From positions 1-27,528 of IMG/VR virus record IMGVR_UViG_3300030372_001675: 27,528 bases of DNA; one strand, written 5' to 3'. The stretch's first letter is position 1. Each line of letters opens with the position of its first letter. The DNA comes from a virus (taxonomy: Duplodnaviria; Caudoviricetes). The position numbers and the translations under genes are program-made. Under the pieces are notes generated by a model, which was not told where the DNA came from, did no database searches, and worked only from the letters and a program-made list of their open reading frames with translations. This document shows, piece after piece, positions 8,901 through 17,563 of this stretch.

Positions 8901-9373
8901 GAAATACTAGAGGTTATTCCTATCCTGAAGGAACTAAAAATGCTAGAAAAATATATTTACCACCAGACTGCACAACTATAATAAGGGTAAAAGGTACTGC
9001 AACTGTTGTAGGTGGTACGAGCTCCACTTATGTTGTAGGATATACAGAAGGCTTTGCTTATTATACTGCTTTTAAGAACATCAGTGCTAGTGTAACACAA
9101 TTAAGTACAGCAGGTGGTCAACAAGAATTTAGTATTCGTGAGGGTGCTAATCCTACAACTTGCACATTATATATATCAACAGGTGATGGTGGTGAATTAA
9201 AATTTGGATTAGATGACAGCCAAACAGACACAAAAAGAGTGTGGTCATTGAGCGTTGATATTGATGTACAACAAGTTTATAGTATGGGTTTACCTCATGA
9301 TGAAAACTGGGCGTTATATCAAAATGGTGAGAATATACAATTTCAAAATTACAAATTAATGATATGGAACTAA
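5933..9373 (+). CDS. large tail tip/baseplate hub or fibre protein
   Basis: 1146 aa with N-terminal ISLNFQFSDIKEPETRKGSYTQTFKLP and internal FLKDLIERFNL and DWTNKLD motifs, resembling siphophage tail-tip proteins. Confidence 0.65.
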   Translation: MNVRLVAYRKATTGATSDSTYQLDLQEAPNISLNFQFSDIKEPETRKGSYTQTFKLPFTDNNNEFFQNWFNVNLTTLVFSTRKKFNAVLYVGTVPQFDGFIQLKAVYKKAQCYEIVLMSNTSDLFSAIGEQRLKDVFLNENGSYSTELNHTFNETNLLNSWNGGSSAFQNTSGVSLRDTDVNVQKVMYPTSLTKPNFYYDPNDTTEGGHNKYLLMDSGDISGMGVEDALNYIVPLTQFRPSIQIKTLFKLILARAGFSYTSNFIDGSYFGKIYMTTGNELAGVGLPTLTTQTAPEGSTVAGQDGTAWGEWTLPQGSAGFEACHSVDFTIMPISDVVTDDTTIWSTTANTFTKIYPTMETLTIRHKTFTQNLKSSELCDSDSIKFDVIVLDSGASPNVWSYITLDVPNSSQQSTYEHEYSLDITAMPVGSSARILMRRHAFEPVSLVQDMKFNLCTDESYTSDDLDTKLVIDWGEFNQGIYGATIDVPACIDSTITQKAFLKDLIERFNLVVIADPDDASNIIIEPYNDYLSQSTLKDWTNKLDTSKEIIVKDTTSIQKKNINLTDLEDVDLCNKIIKEEQPNANVFGHLNIQNINNDFATGEMANKPIFSPYINQKVFRGDDNLQDASYLVNMAVQYEFTYTQVEGGYENPTEATKPKLYWYNGLATTVKDSADNTKTYYLHHNISNNITAYSFTTYPVCTPFDITPSSDAYTLTQANKSLYWNSTPPIVGELDIFNYTEESGSWFPNTLYGYYWKQYLDNFYSEDARIMDCYLNLNEVDVFNFKFNDEVFIKDTYWRIIEISNYQVGEKASTKVKLLKSLDTLSAGLECNYVLGQLGGTNTWWNNYYYWCPSDDAGCTPVATVGGSYLGLYAPESCCIGVGGYPESNSPYAAQGLYLCGVNAGSIPIRYQNILGFRTLFNIGQVKSIFYEKLGGLNKPLMIGTGNTKYATPLINSFGNDIAIKYTNKRKGLPPIEGESHRMVLTGFTDGNTRGYSYPEGTKNARKIYLPPDCTTIIRVKGTATVVGGTSSTYVVGYTEGFAYYTAFKNISASVTQLSTAGGQQEFSIREGANPTTCTLYISTGDGGELKFGLDDSQTDTKRVWSLSVDIDVQQVYSMGLPHDENWALYQNGENIQFQNYKLMIWN

Positions 9374-9537
9374 AGAAATATATAGAAAGCGTTGCAAAGG
9401 TTATTATTCCTGCAATAGACCATTTGCAGTTAGTAGAATACAAAGACAAAGAATTAGACTTTGCTTATGGTATGCAAGAATATCACACAAGTTTTAGAAA
9501 AATGTTTAAACAAATAAAACGAATAATATATAGATAG
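9364..9537 (+). CDS. small hypothetical protein (57 aa), not in ORF track
   Basis: MELKKYIESVAKVIIPAIDHLQLVEYKDKELDFAYGMQEYHTSFRKMFKQIKRIIYR; fills the gap between 9373 and 9539. Confidence 0.65.
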   Translation: MELKKYIESVAKVIIPAIDHLQLVEYKDKELDFAYGMQEYHTSFRKMFKQIKRIIYR

Positions 9538-9538
9538 T

Positions 9539-11077
9539 ATGGCTACAGAAAGGACAATAAGACTAAATATAGACGGAACAAAAGCAATAACAGAATTAAG
9601 AAGGGTTAGGGGTGAGATAGATGCTTCTTATGCTGAATTAAGAAAAACCACTCCTATAGAGTTAGATGGCTCTAAAGCTAAAACTGTTTTAAAAAATTTA
9701 GATAGTGATATAAATAGCACAGCTAAAAGTACTAAAGAAATAGGAAAAAATGCAGAAGGGTCTGTTGGTGGCTTTAAAAAACTTACAATTTCCACAAAAG
9801 CATTTGGAGCAGCATTAAAAGCAGCAGGTATTGGTTTAGTGTTAAGTGCAGTTGTGAAACTGGGTGCAGCACTTGGAAAAAACCAAGTTGTAATGGATGC
9901 TCTTAATGTAGTAACAGAAACTATTAGCATAACTTTTCAAGAGCTAGTTAATAAAGTGGTAAAGACTACCCAAGTTGCAGTTAAATTTTTTAATAAAGTA
10001 GGTGGTGCTATTCAAAAATTTGTTAAAAAAGATTTGGACGGATTAACCTCATCTTATGAAGCAAATAATGAAGTTGTAGAAACAACTATTCAAAAAAATA
10101 GAAGATTAGCAAAAGAGATAGTACTTTTAAGAAATGAAGTAAAATTAGCAGACGCACAACAAAGAGGTTTACAATTAACATACCAGAAAGATGCAGAATT
10201 ACAAAGACAATTAAGAGATGATGTAAGCTTAACATTTGAAGAACGTATCGCTGCTAATGAAAAATTAGGAAGAATACTAGATGAACAATTTTCTAAAGAA
10301 CAAGAATTAGCAAACAAAAAGCTATTATTGGCTGAAAAAGAATTAGCTAAAAATAAAGATAATATAGATTTGCAAGTTAATTTACAAAATGCTAAAAATG
10401 AAATGTTAGACCTTGACGAAAGGATTACAGGGCAGCGTTCAGAGCAACTTATAAATTTAAAAGCATTAGAAAAAGAAAGATATGATGTACTTCAGGCAGG
10501 TATAGAAAAAACAATTACCTTAACTAAAAAAGGTACAGAAGAAAATAAAAGTGCTAGTGCTAATGCAATTACATTAATGAACCAGCAACTAGCTGCTCAT
10601 AAAAACACATCACAAGCAGATGTTGTAATTACTAAATTAACACAAGCACAGAAAATAGATATTATTTCAGGTGCATTGGGTCAAATATCTGGTGCATTAG
10701 GTGAAAATAGTAAAGCAGGAAAAGCTATGGCTATTGCACAAGCATTAATGGACACTTATGCAGGTGCTAATAAAGCATTAGCTCAAGGTGGTATATTTGG
10801 TGCTATTTCAGCTGCAGGTATTGTAGCTGCTGGTTTAGCTAATGTTGCTAGGATCAAATCAACAAACCCAGAAACAGGTGGTGATGATGGACCTAGCCCT
10901 GATACTAATGTACCACAACCAACAGGATTAGGTGGTTCAGGATTAATACCTAATTTAGAAAACATTAATCAAAATGACTTGGGAACACCAGAACCTGTAC
11001 AGGCATTTGTAGTTGAAAATGATATATCAAACGCTCAAGCATTACAAGAAGAACTAGAAATACAAGCTACATTATAA
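9539..11077 (+). CDS. tape measure protein (short, 512 aa)
   Basis: Helical/coiled-coil and Ala/Gly-rich segments (AFGAALKAAGIGLVL, KAMAIAQALMDTYAGANKAL); follows the tail genes. Confidence 0.75.
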   Translation: MATERTIRLNIDGTKAITELRRVRGEIDASYAELRKTTPIELDGSKAKTVLKNLDSDINSTAKSTKEIGKNAEGSVGGFKKLTISTKAFGAALKAAGIGLVLSAVVKLGAALGKNQVVMDALNVVTETISITFQELVNKVVKTTQVAVKFFNKVGGAIQKFVKKDLDGLTSSYEANNEVVETTIQKNRRLAKEIVLLRNEVKLADAQQRGLQLTYQKDAELQRQLRDDVSLTFEERIAANEKLGRILDEQFSKEQELANKKLLLAEKELAKNKDNIDLQVNLQNAKNEMLDLDERITGQRSEQLINLKALEKERYDVLQAGIEKTITLTKKGTEENKSASANAITLMNQQLAAHKNTSQADVVITKLTQAQKIDIISGALGQISGALGENSKAGKAMAIAQALMDTYAGANKALAQGGIFGAISAAGIVAAGLANVARIKSTNPETGGDDGPSPDTNVPQPTGLGGSGLIPNLENINQNDLGTPEPVQAFVVENDISNAQALQEELEIQATL

Positions 11078-11102
11078 ACAAAAATAAAAACTTTATACTT
11101 AT
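11076..11102 (+). promoter_or_regulatory. putative phage late promoter, copy 2
   Basis: AAAC AAAAATAAAAACTT TATACTTAT upstream of the protease gene. Confidence 0.65.
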
Positions 11103-11109
11103 AAGTGTT

Positions 11110-12105
11110 ATGGAGAAAAAGAAAAAACTAATAGAATTAATAATAGATGAAACTGCTGATTTCTTTGGAGTAGATGCAATTTCAGTTGTAAAATTTCCTG
11201 CTATTGAAGAAAACTTTGTATTCTTTAATAATGACTTTTTAAGTCTAGCTAAAGTAGATGAAGAGCAAAAGCAATTAATAGGAGCTATTCTAATACCTGA
11301 TAAAAAGATACCAAGACTAGACAAAGAAACTAATGAAGAATATGATGTATTCTTTACTAAAGAAACTATTAAACACGCACAGAAGCTGTTTATGTCTAGT
11401 TTAAACAACAATAATCACACTCTTGAACATAAAGAACCAATACAAGGTTTAACAGTAGTTGAATCATGGATTAAAGAAGATAAAAAGTATGACAAATCTA
11501 ATATGTATGGTTTTAAAAATATGCCTGTTGGAACTTGGTTTGTACAAGTAAGTGCAGAAAATAATCCTGATATATGGGACAAAATAAAAAATAAAGAAGT
11601 GCGTGGTTTTAGTATTGAGGGGTATTTTACAGACAAATTAATTGAAGCCTCTAAAAGCAAAGATATATTAGATGAAGTTTGTGAAGATTGCCCTGATGAA
11701 GTAATGATGGGAAAAATTAAAGATATTATATTAGAAAATGAATTAAGACCTGTAGGTGCATTAGATGGTGAGCCTTTATTTAGAACAAAAGAAGAAGCTG
11801 AATTATATGCTGAAATGTTTAAAGGTTGTGCAGGTAGTCATGCTCATAGTGTAGATGGTGTAAAATTATTCATGCCTTGTTTAGACCACACTTCAGCAAC
11901 TATGCGTGAAGAACATTCTGAAAATGGTAGAAAAAAAAGAAAAAGAAAATACAAGATGCTAGAATATGTAGCTTATGCAAAACGAAAAGCGATGCTAAAG
12001 TATTCTTGGGACGATTGCATGAAGGATCAAATGAAAGAATATGGAAATAAAGAAATAGCTGCTAAAGTGTGTGCTGCTATCAAAAATAAGACAGTTAGAC
12101 GATAA
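11110..12105 (+). CDS. prohead protease (XkdF-like) with C-terminal extension
   Basis: AISVVKFPAIE, GAILIPDKKIPR, TLEH, VVESW, PVGTWF and RGFSIEGYF motifs; lies upstream of scaffold and capsid genes. Confidence 0.8.
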   Translation: MEKKKKLIELIIDETADFFGVDAISVVKFPAIEENFVFFNNDFLSLAKVDEEQKQLIGAILIPDKKIPRLDKETNEEYDVFFTKETIKHAQKLFMSSLNNNNHTLEHKEPIQGLTVVESWIKEDKKYDKSNMYGFKNMPVGTWFVQVSAENNPDIWDKIKNKEVRGFSIEGYFTDKLIEASKSKDILDEVCEDCPDEVMMGKIKDIILENELRPVGALDGEPLFRTKEEAELYAEMFKGCAGSHAHSVDGVKLFMPCLDHTSATMREEHSENGRKKRKRKYKMLEYVAYAKRKAMLKYSWDDCMKDQMKEYGNKEIAAKVCAAIKNKTVRR

Positions 12106-12111
12106 AGAAAT

Positions 12112-12138
12112 AAACAACATTAACCCTTTTATATTTAT
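12112..12138 (+). promoter_or_regulatory. putative phage late promoter, copy 3
   Basis: AAAC AACATTAACCCTTT TATATTTAT upstream of the scaffold and capsid genes. Confidence 0.65.
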
Positions 12139-12146
12139 AGTTAGTT

Positions 12147-12824
12147 ATGGGAACAATAGAAAAAATTTTAAATATCTTGAAAATGAAAAATGAACCAAAA
12201 TCTTATTCTGTAAAATTTTATGCAGAAATGAAATTAGACGATGGACGTATTATTGCTACAGAAGATGAGCAATTTATGATTGGGTCTAAAGTATTTGCTA
12301 TTAATGATGATGGCGAGGCTTCTTCATTAGAAGCAGGAAGTTATACCATGGAAAACGGAAACAAATTAACAATCGGAGAAAATTCTGAAATTCTTGACTT
12401 AGGTGAGGAAAAAGAAGCAGAAGATGTTGAGGCATCAGAAGAAGAATTATCAGAAGAAGTTGAAGAATCTAAAGAAGAAGAATTAGCTGAGGAAGCAGAT
12501 GTTGCTGATTGGAAAGGTATGGAAATAAGAATAAAAAATTTAGAAGATGCTGTTGCTGACCTAAAAGCAGACAAAGTAGAAGCGTCTGCTGAATTATCTG
12601 AAGAAAATACAGAAGAAAAAACAGAAATGAGTTCAGAAGATGTTATAAGTAACCTTATGACAGAAGTTGAAGAACTTAAAAGCAAAATAGTTGAATTAAG
12701 TGATGAACCTGCAGACGAGGGAATTTCCCATAATCCAGAGGGTGAGTATTTTAAATCAGCTATTGATTTGAAAGAGATGTCTAATCAAGAACGGGCAGCT
12801 TATTACATTAATAACTTAAAATAA
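12147..12824 (+). CDS. capsid scaffolding protein
   Basis: Highly Glu-rich, coiled-coil, and located between protease and capsid genes. Confidence 0.7.
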   Translation: MGTIEKILNILKMKNEPKSYSVKFYAEMKLDDGRIIATEDEQFMIGSKVFAINDDGEASSLEAGSYTMENGNKLTIGENSEILDLGEEKEAEDVEASEEELSEEVEESKEEELAEEADVADWKGMEIRIKNLEDAVADLKADKVEASAELSEENTEEKTEMSSEDVISNLMTEVEELKSKIVELSDEPADEGISHNPEGEYFKSAIDLKEMSNQERAAYYINNLK

Positions 12825-12833
12825 TTTTAAAAA

Positions 12834-13811
12834 ATGGGAAAATATCAAATTTCAAAAAAGCGTGATTTTGCTACTGATATAACTATCAATGGAGATACTT
12901 ATGCAGGAGTCCACGCTATGCCCTATGTAACTGCTGTTGTCAGAACACCTGATACTGTTGCAAAAGGCTATGTGCGTACAATAGATGGTTTAACAAAAAG
13001 TGCAGTAATCAATAATATAGCTTCAGCGAACCCTGTTCAAGCTGCAGGTTGTGATTTTGATAATACTACAACAATATCTACTACAGAACAAGTATTAACT
13101 TTAACAGACTTAAAAGTTAATGAGCAAATTTGTAGAGGTACTGTATTCCCTACATGGATGGGGCAAGGAATGGACAGAAATGGTAATTTACCACAAGCAT
13201 TTTCAGACTTTGTTTTACAAGTTGTTGCTGGGAAAGCTGCTCAACAATTAGAGATAGGTATCTGGCAAGGTGCTGCTCCTTTCGGGGTTGGTTTCTTGTC
13301 TGATGATGGAACACAAGATCAAACAGGTGCTGATGCTTCTGCAATGAAAGACTTTACAGAAGTTGATTTTGGTGATGCGTTGGCTGCTAGTGATATCATT
13401 ACTGACTTAAATTCAGTATATGCTTCTGCTGCTGCTAATTTACCACAAATGCTGACAAAACCAGGTTTTGGTTTTTATATGAATGCTCAAACATACTCAT
13501 TCTATTGTCAAGCATTAGCAGCTAATACAACTTTCCAAAGTTTAGGTGCTGCAGGTAGTTTTGATTCATTAACCTACATGGGCTTTCCAATCTATGTTTG
13601 CCCAGGGATGTTTAATGATGTTATTATTGCGACTTATCCTGAAAACTTAGTATTTGGAACTAATAATTCTACTGACTGGACAGAAGTAAGATTGATACCT
13701 ACATATGAATATGATGGCTCTGACAATGTGAGAATCGTTATGAATTTTGCAGTTGGAGTACAAGTTGCAGTTGCAACAGATGGTGTATACGGTTCAACTG
13801 TTTGGACTTAA
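12834..13811 (+). CDS. major capsid protein
   Basis: 325 aa, follows the scaffold and precedes a terminator; KVNEQIC, EIGIWQG and NLVFGT motifs as in Bacteroidota phage capsids. Confidence 0.85.
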   Translation: MGKYQISKKRDFATDITINGDTYAGVHAMPYVTAVVRTPDTVAKGYVRTIDGLTKSAVINNIASANPVQAAGCDFDNTTTISTTEQVLTLTDLKVNEQICRGTVFPTWMGQGMDRNGNLPQAFSDFVLQVVAGKAAQQLEIGIWQGAAPFGVGFLSDDGTQDQTGADASAMKDFTEVDFGDALAASDIITDLNSVYASAAANLPQMLTKPGFGFYMNAQTYSFYCQALAANTTFQSLGAAGSFDSLTYMGFPIYVCPGMFNDVIIATYPENLVFGTNNSTDWTEVRLIPTYEYDGSDNVRIVMNFAVGVQVAVATDGVYGSTVWT

Positions 13812-13825
13812 TAGATACTTTAAAT

Positions 13826-13851
13826 GGGGGGTTGCAATATACCCCCTTTTT
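13826..13851 (+). terminator. intrinsic terminator after capsid gene
   Basis: GGGGGT-tgcaatat-ACCCCC followed by TTTTT. Confidence 0.8.
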
Positions 13852-13877
13852 ATTAACCTTATAATACAATAATAATT

Positions 13878-14477
13878 ATGGCTTGTGATATAACAAGAGG
13901 ACGATTAATAGACTGTAAAGATGCTATCGGTGGCTTAAAGGCTATATATATTTGTAAGAATTACAATAACAATATAGAAGCAGTTGCTACGATTGCTAAT
14001 ACTGAAATGACTACAGCAGGGTTTGCTACATGGTCAGGTCAATCTGGTAGTGCAACTACAGTATTTAAATATGACCTAGTGCCTAATTTAAGTTCTATGA
14101 CAGTTAATGTTAATTCTGATAATGCTAATGGTACTACATTTTTTGAACAAACATTATCTGTTACATTACAGAAAATAGACCACGATATGACTAATGAATT
14201 AAGATTGATGGCTTATAGTAGAGCTCAAATCTTTGTACAAAATTCTTTGGATAATGTATTCTTATTAGGAATGGTAAATGGCTGTCATGTTTCAGGTGGT
14301 ACAGTTATCACAGGAACTGCTAAAGGTGATTTGACAGGGTACACAATAGAATGGGCTGCAGAAGAAAAGGATGCACTTATTCAAATACCTCAAACAGCTG
14401 GTCCTGCAACTACAGATTATCCGTTTGATGCATTAGGTGATGCAGATGCTGCATTAACAATTACTGAGGGTTCTTAA
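13878..14477 (+). CDS. major tail tube protein
   Basis: MACDITRGRLIDCKDAIGGLKAIY, NGTTFFEQTLSVTL and TGTAKGDLTGYT motifs; 199 aa; followed by a terminator. Confidence 0.75.
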   Translation: MACDITRGRLIDCKDAIGGLKAIYICKNYNNNIEAVATIANTEMTTAGFATWSGQSGSATTVFKYDLVPNLSSMTVNVNSDNANGTTFFEQTLSVTLQKIDHDMTNELRLMAYSRAQIFVQNSLDNVFLLGMVNGCHVSGGTVITGTAKGDLTGYTIEWAAEEKDALIQIPQTAGPATTDYPFDALGDADAALTITEGS

Positions 14478-14498
14478 TCGTTACTCTAAATACAAAAG

Positions 14499-14527
14499 AA
14501 AAGAGGGGTTTTATTGCCCCTTTTTTT
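14499..14527 (+). terminator. intrinsic terminator after tail tube gene
   Basis: AAAAGAGGGG-ttttattg-CCCCTTTTTTT. Confidence 0.8.
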
Positions 14528-14537
14528 GTACACTAAA

Positions 14538-14564
14538 AAACAATTATGTTATATTTATATTTAT
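14538..14564 (+). promoter_or_regulatory. putative phage late promoter, copy 4
   Basis: AAAC AATTATGTTATATT TATATTTAT immediately after a terminator, at the head of the portal operon. Confidence 0.65.
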
Positions 14565-14575
14565 AATAAAACACT

Positions 14576-14740
14576 ATGACTTGGAAATTAAAAAAAGAGT
14601 GGAAAGGTAAAAGCATTGATTCAATTAGAATACCATTAGATGAGTTAACACAAAAGCAAATAGGTAAATTAAACGAAAGCGTTAGAGATACTCTATTTAT
14701 TAAAGAACAAGCTAAAAAGAAGATAAAGAAAGATGAGTAA
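14576..14740 (+). CDS. small basic hypothetical protein (54 aa), not in ORF track
   Basis: MTWKLKKEWKGKSIDSIRIPLDELTQKQIGKLNESVRDTLFIKEQAKKKIKKDE; first ORF after the promoter motif. Confidence 0.6.
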   Translation: MTWKLKKEWKGKSIDSIRIPLDELTQKQIGKLNESVRDTLFIKEQAKKKIKKDE

Positions 14741-14849
14741 GGAAGAAGAAAAAGAAAAAGAGGATTTGGTTTGCTTAGGTTATAATAAAAAAGATGGTGT
14801 TATTATATTTGGTGAAAGAATAGAAAACAATTTATTTATAATAAAATAA
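14733..14849 (+). CDS. small hypothetical protein (38 aa)
   Basis: MSKEEEKEKEDLVCLGYNKKDGVIIFGERIENNLFIIK; overlaps the previous stop and fills the gap to 14856. Confidence 0.4.
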   Translation: MSKEEEKEKEDLVCLGYNKKDGVIIFGERIENNLFIIK

Positions 14850-14855
14850 TCTATT

Positions 14856-15404
14856 ATGATACAAGCAACAATAAGTGATACTACTAGCACATCTTTCACA
14901 TTAAGCATTGCGTGGTATGTTAATGTTTCAGATTCAATTGTTGGAACACCTACTTTTGGCACATTTGATTTTAGTGGAAATACTTATTATTATATAACTT
15001 ATCCTTATTTTTTATTTAAACTAGAAAGCCAACAAACAGGCAAAATTAAACTATTTACTGATGAAGATGTAAATTACCCTGTAGGTACTAACATAAACCA
15101 CTACGATAGGTCAATTTTTTTTAATTTTAAATATAGTCCAAATCCTGCTGTTACAGAAGATTTGGTGAAAGGTGAAATTAGTGTTGGTGATAGTGAGTTT
15201 CCTTTAGGTTTTTATAATATGACTATATACCAAATAAACTCGCGTGGAGAATTAGACCCTAATAATGCAGAAGCAGTATTATACAATGGTGTGCTAAACA
15301 TGAAAGGTAGTACTTTTGCAGGGGCAGGTAATTTCCAAGAGGTTCAATATACCGAATATAATAACAATGATTCAGACAATGAAAATGTCTATTTAACAAA
15401 TTAA
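14856..15404 (+). CDS. hypothetical structural protein (possible head closure)
   Basis: Predicted beta-rich, GFYNMTIYQ...LDP motif, directly upstream of the portal gene. Confidence 0.45.
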   Translation: MIQATISDTTSTSFTLSIAWYVNVSDSIVGTPTFGTFDFSGNTYYYITYPYFLFKLESQQTGKIKLFTDEDVNYPVGTNINHYDRSIFFNFKYSPNPAVTEDLVKGEISVGDSEFPLGFYNMTIYQINSRGELDPNNAEAVLYNGVLNMKGSTFAGAGNFQEVQYTEYNNNDSDNENVYLTN

Positions 15405-15406
15405 TT

Positions 15407-17554
15407 ATGAATTTAGACTTAATAAAATTATCACATTATAATATACCACATCTAGTTGAGAATGCTAATCAGGACTGGATCAGTTTCGGTCAAGACAATT
15501 TATATCCAAATTATCTACTAGACTTATTTTTAGGTAGTGCTATCAATGGTGCTTTAATTAAGTCAATAGGTGCTATGATATATGGTGAGGGTTTGGCTGC
15601 TACTAATATTGATGATAATACAGATACAAAAGAATCATATTTACGATTAACAGAACTTTTAGAAAATTCTGGTGATGATGTGCTAAAAGACCTTGCTATG
15701 GACTTAAAGCTATTCGGGGGGTGTTATGTGAATGTGATATGGTCAAGAGATAGAAGCAGGATTGCTAAACTACTTCATATACCTGCACAATATATTAGAA
15801 GTGGTAAAATGATTGATGGTGAAATAGACACATATTATTATTCTGCTGATTGGTCTAAATGGAAAAAATCAGAATATAGACCTAGACCTTATTCTGCTTT
15901 TAATACAGAAGATAGAACACAAGCAAGTCAAATTTTAATGATTAGAGATAAAAACCCTGCATTATTTTATGGCTTTGCACCTGATTATGTGGCTGCTACA
16001 GATTATATTCAATTAGACCTTGAGATTGCTCAATTTCATTTGTCTAACATATCAAATGGTATGTTTCCATCTATGGCTATTAATTTTGCAAATGGTGTAC
16101 CTACAGAAGAAGAAAGAAGAACTATTGAAAGACAAATAAACCAAAAGTTTACTTCTAGTGGTAATGCAGGAAAAATACTCATTACTTTTAATGATGGAAA
16201 AGAATCAGCACCAGAAATTGTACCAATAGATAGTAATGGTGCTTCTGAGAAATATCAATTTTTATCTACAGAAGTTGTAAACAAAGTATTATCAGGGCAT
16301 CGAGTTACAAGTCCTTTATTATTTGGAATACGTGCTGAGGGTGGGGGATTAGGTTCTAATGCCGATGAGTTGCGTGATTCTTATAGTTTATTTAACAATA
16401 CAGTTATAATACCTTTTCAAAACGTGCTTTTAAAGGGTTTAAACAAGATATTTAAAGTAAACGATATAAACCTTGATTTGTACTTTAAAACGCTTAAACC
16501 TGCTGATTTCATTGATTTGGAAGTTACTAAAACACAAAGTGAAGAAGACCAAGAGAAAGAGGGTGTATCAAAAGAAGATATTGATGCTGATAATTTAAAG
16601 CAAGAATTTAAAGACCTACAAGATATAGATACAAGTCCGACACAAGGAATGATTGATGAAGCTAAAAAGGGTTTGGAATGGAGAAAAGAATATGGGCGTG
16701 GTGGTACACAAATTGCAGTTGCAAGAGCAAGGAACATTACAAATGGTGATAATCTTTCGTTTGATACTATTAAAAGAATGAATAGTTTTTTTGCAAGGCA
16801 TGAAGTAGATAAAAAAGCAGATGGTTTTGAAATTGGTGAAGATGGTTTCCCGAGTGCAGGGCGTATAGCTTGGGCTTTATGGGGTGGTGATGCAGGACAA
16901 TCTTGGGCAAAAAAAAAAGTTAAGGAAATAGAAGGTGTAAGAGATGATTTGTCTGATGACCAATTTTCTGAATTATTAGAAAACTTAAAAGGAGAAAAAA
17001 TAGACCTAGACAAATGGGAAGTAGTAGATGAGCAAGATTATGTTGAAGATTATGAGGATTGGGCAAATAGTTTAATTCAAGAAACTAAAAGTAAATTTGC
17101 AGATGAAATAAGAAGCAAAGAAGATGAGTTTAGTTATTTAGACAAATCATTTTATAGAGTACGTTTTAAGTATATTAAAAAGAGTAGAAAACCCAGCAAA
17201 TCAACTAGAACATTTTGCAAAAATATGATGAGATTAGCTAGAGCAGGGTTTGTTTACAGAATAGAAGATATAGACAAAGCAAGTAGGGAGGGCGTAAATA
17301 GACAATTAGGACACAAGGGCAGAGCATATGACCTTTTCAGGTTTAAAGGTGGTGTTTATTGCAGACACGCTTGGAAAGTTATTTTATATAGACTAAAAGA
17401 TGGTACAGAATTAAAAGATGCTGAAAGTATGGAGGATTATAAAAAAGTTGATTCTATACCTAAAACATACACACCAAAACCTAGAGGAATTAAAGATGCA
17501 GTAACAGCACCAGAAAATATGCCTAATCAAGGTCATTATCCTGGTGTAAAATAA
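15407..17554 (+). CDS. portal protein with fused C-terminal domains
   Basis: WISFGQDNLYP, NISNGMFPS, FTSSGNAGK, GHRVTSPLLFGI and VIIPFQ portal motifs in the first ~370 aa; two further domains follow. Confidence 0.85.
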   Translation: MNLDLIKLSHYNIPHLVENANQDWISFGQDNLYPNYLLDLFLGSAINGALIKSIGAMIYGEGLAATNIDDNTDTKESYLRLTELLENSGDDVLKDLAMDLKLFGGCYVNVIWSRDRSRIAKLLHIPAQYIRSGKMIDGEIDTYYYSADWSKWKKSEYRPRPYSAFNTEDRTQASQILMIRDKNPALFYGFAPDYVAATDYIQLDLEIAQFHLSNISNGMFPSMAINFANGVPTEEERRTIERQINQKFTSSGNAGKILITFNDGKESAPEIVPIDSNGASEKYQFLSTEVVNKVLSGHRVTSPLLFGIRAEGGGLGSNADELRDSYSLFNNTVIIPFQNVLLKGLNKIFKVNDINLDLYFKTLKPADFIDLEVTKTQSEEDQEKEGVSKEDIDADNLKQEFKDLQDIDTSPTQGMIDEAKKGLEWRKEYGRGGTQIAVARARNITNGDNLSFDTIKRMNSFFARHEVDKKADGFEIGEDGFPSAGRIAWALWGGDAGQSWAKKKVKEIEGVRDDLSDDQFSELLENLKGEKIDLDKWEVVDEQDYVEDYEDWANSLIQETKSKFADEIRSKEDEFSYLDKSFYRVRFKYIKKSRKPSKSTRTFCKNMMRLARAGFVYRIEDIDKASREGVNRQLGHKGRAYDLFRFKGGVYCRHAWKVILYRLKDGTELKDAESMEDYKKVDSIPKTYTPKPRGIKDAVTAPENMPNQGHYPGVK

Positions 17555-17563
17555 AATTAAAAT

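Noticed and set aside
12400-12680. GAA-rich repetitive tract
   Set aside because: Explained by Glu-rich scaffold coding; not a DNA-level repeat.
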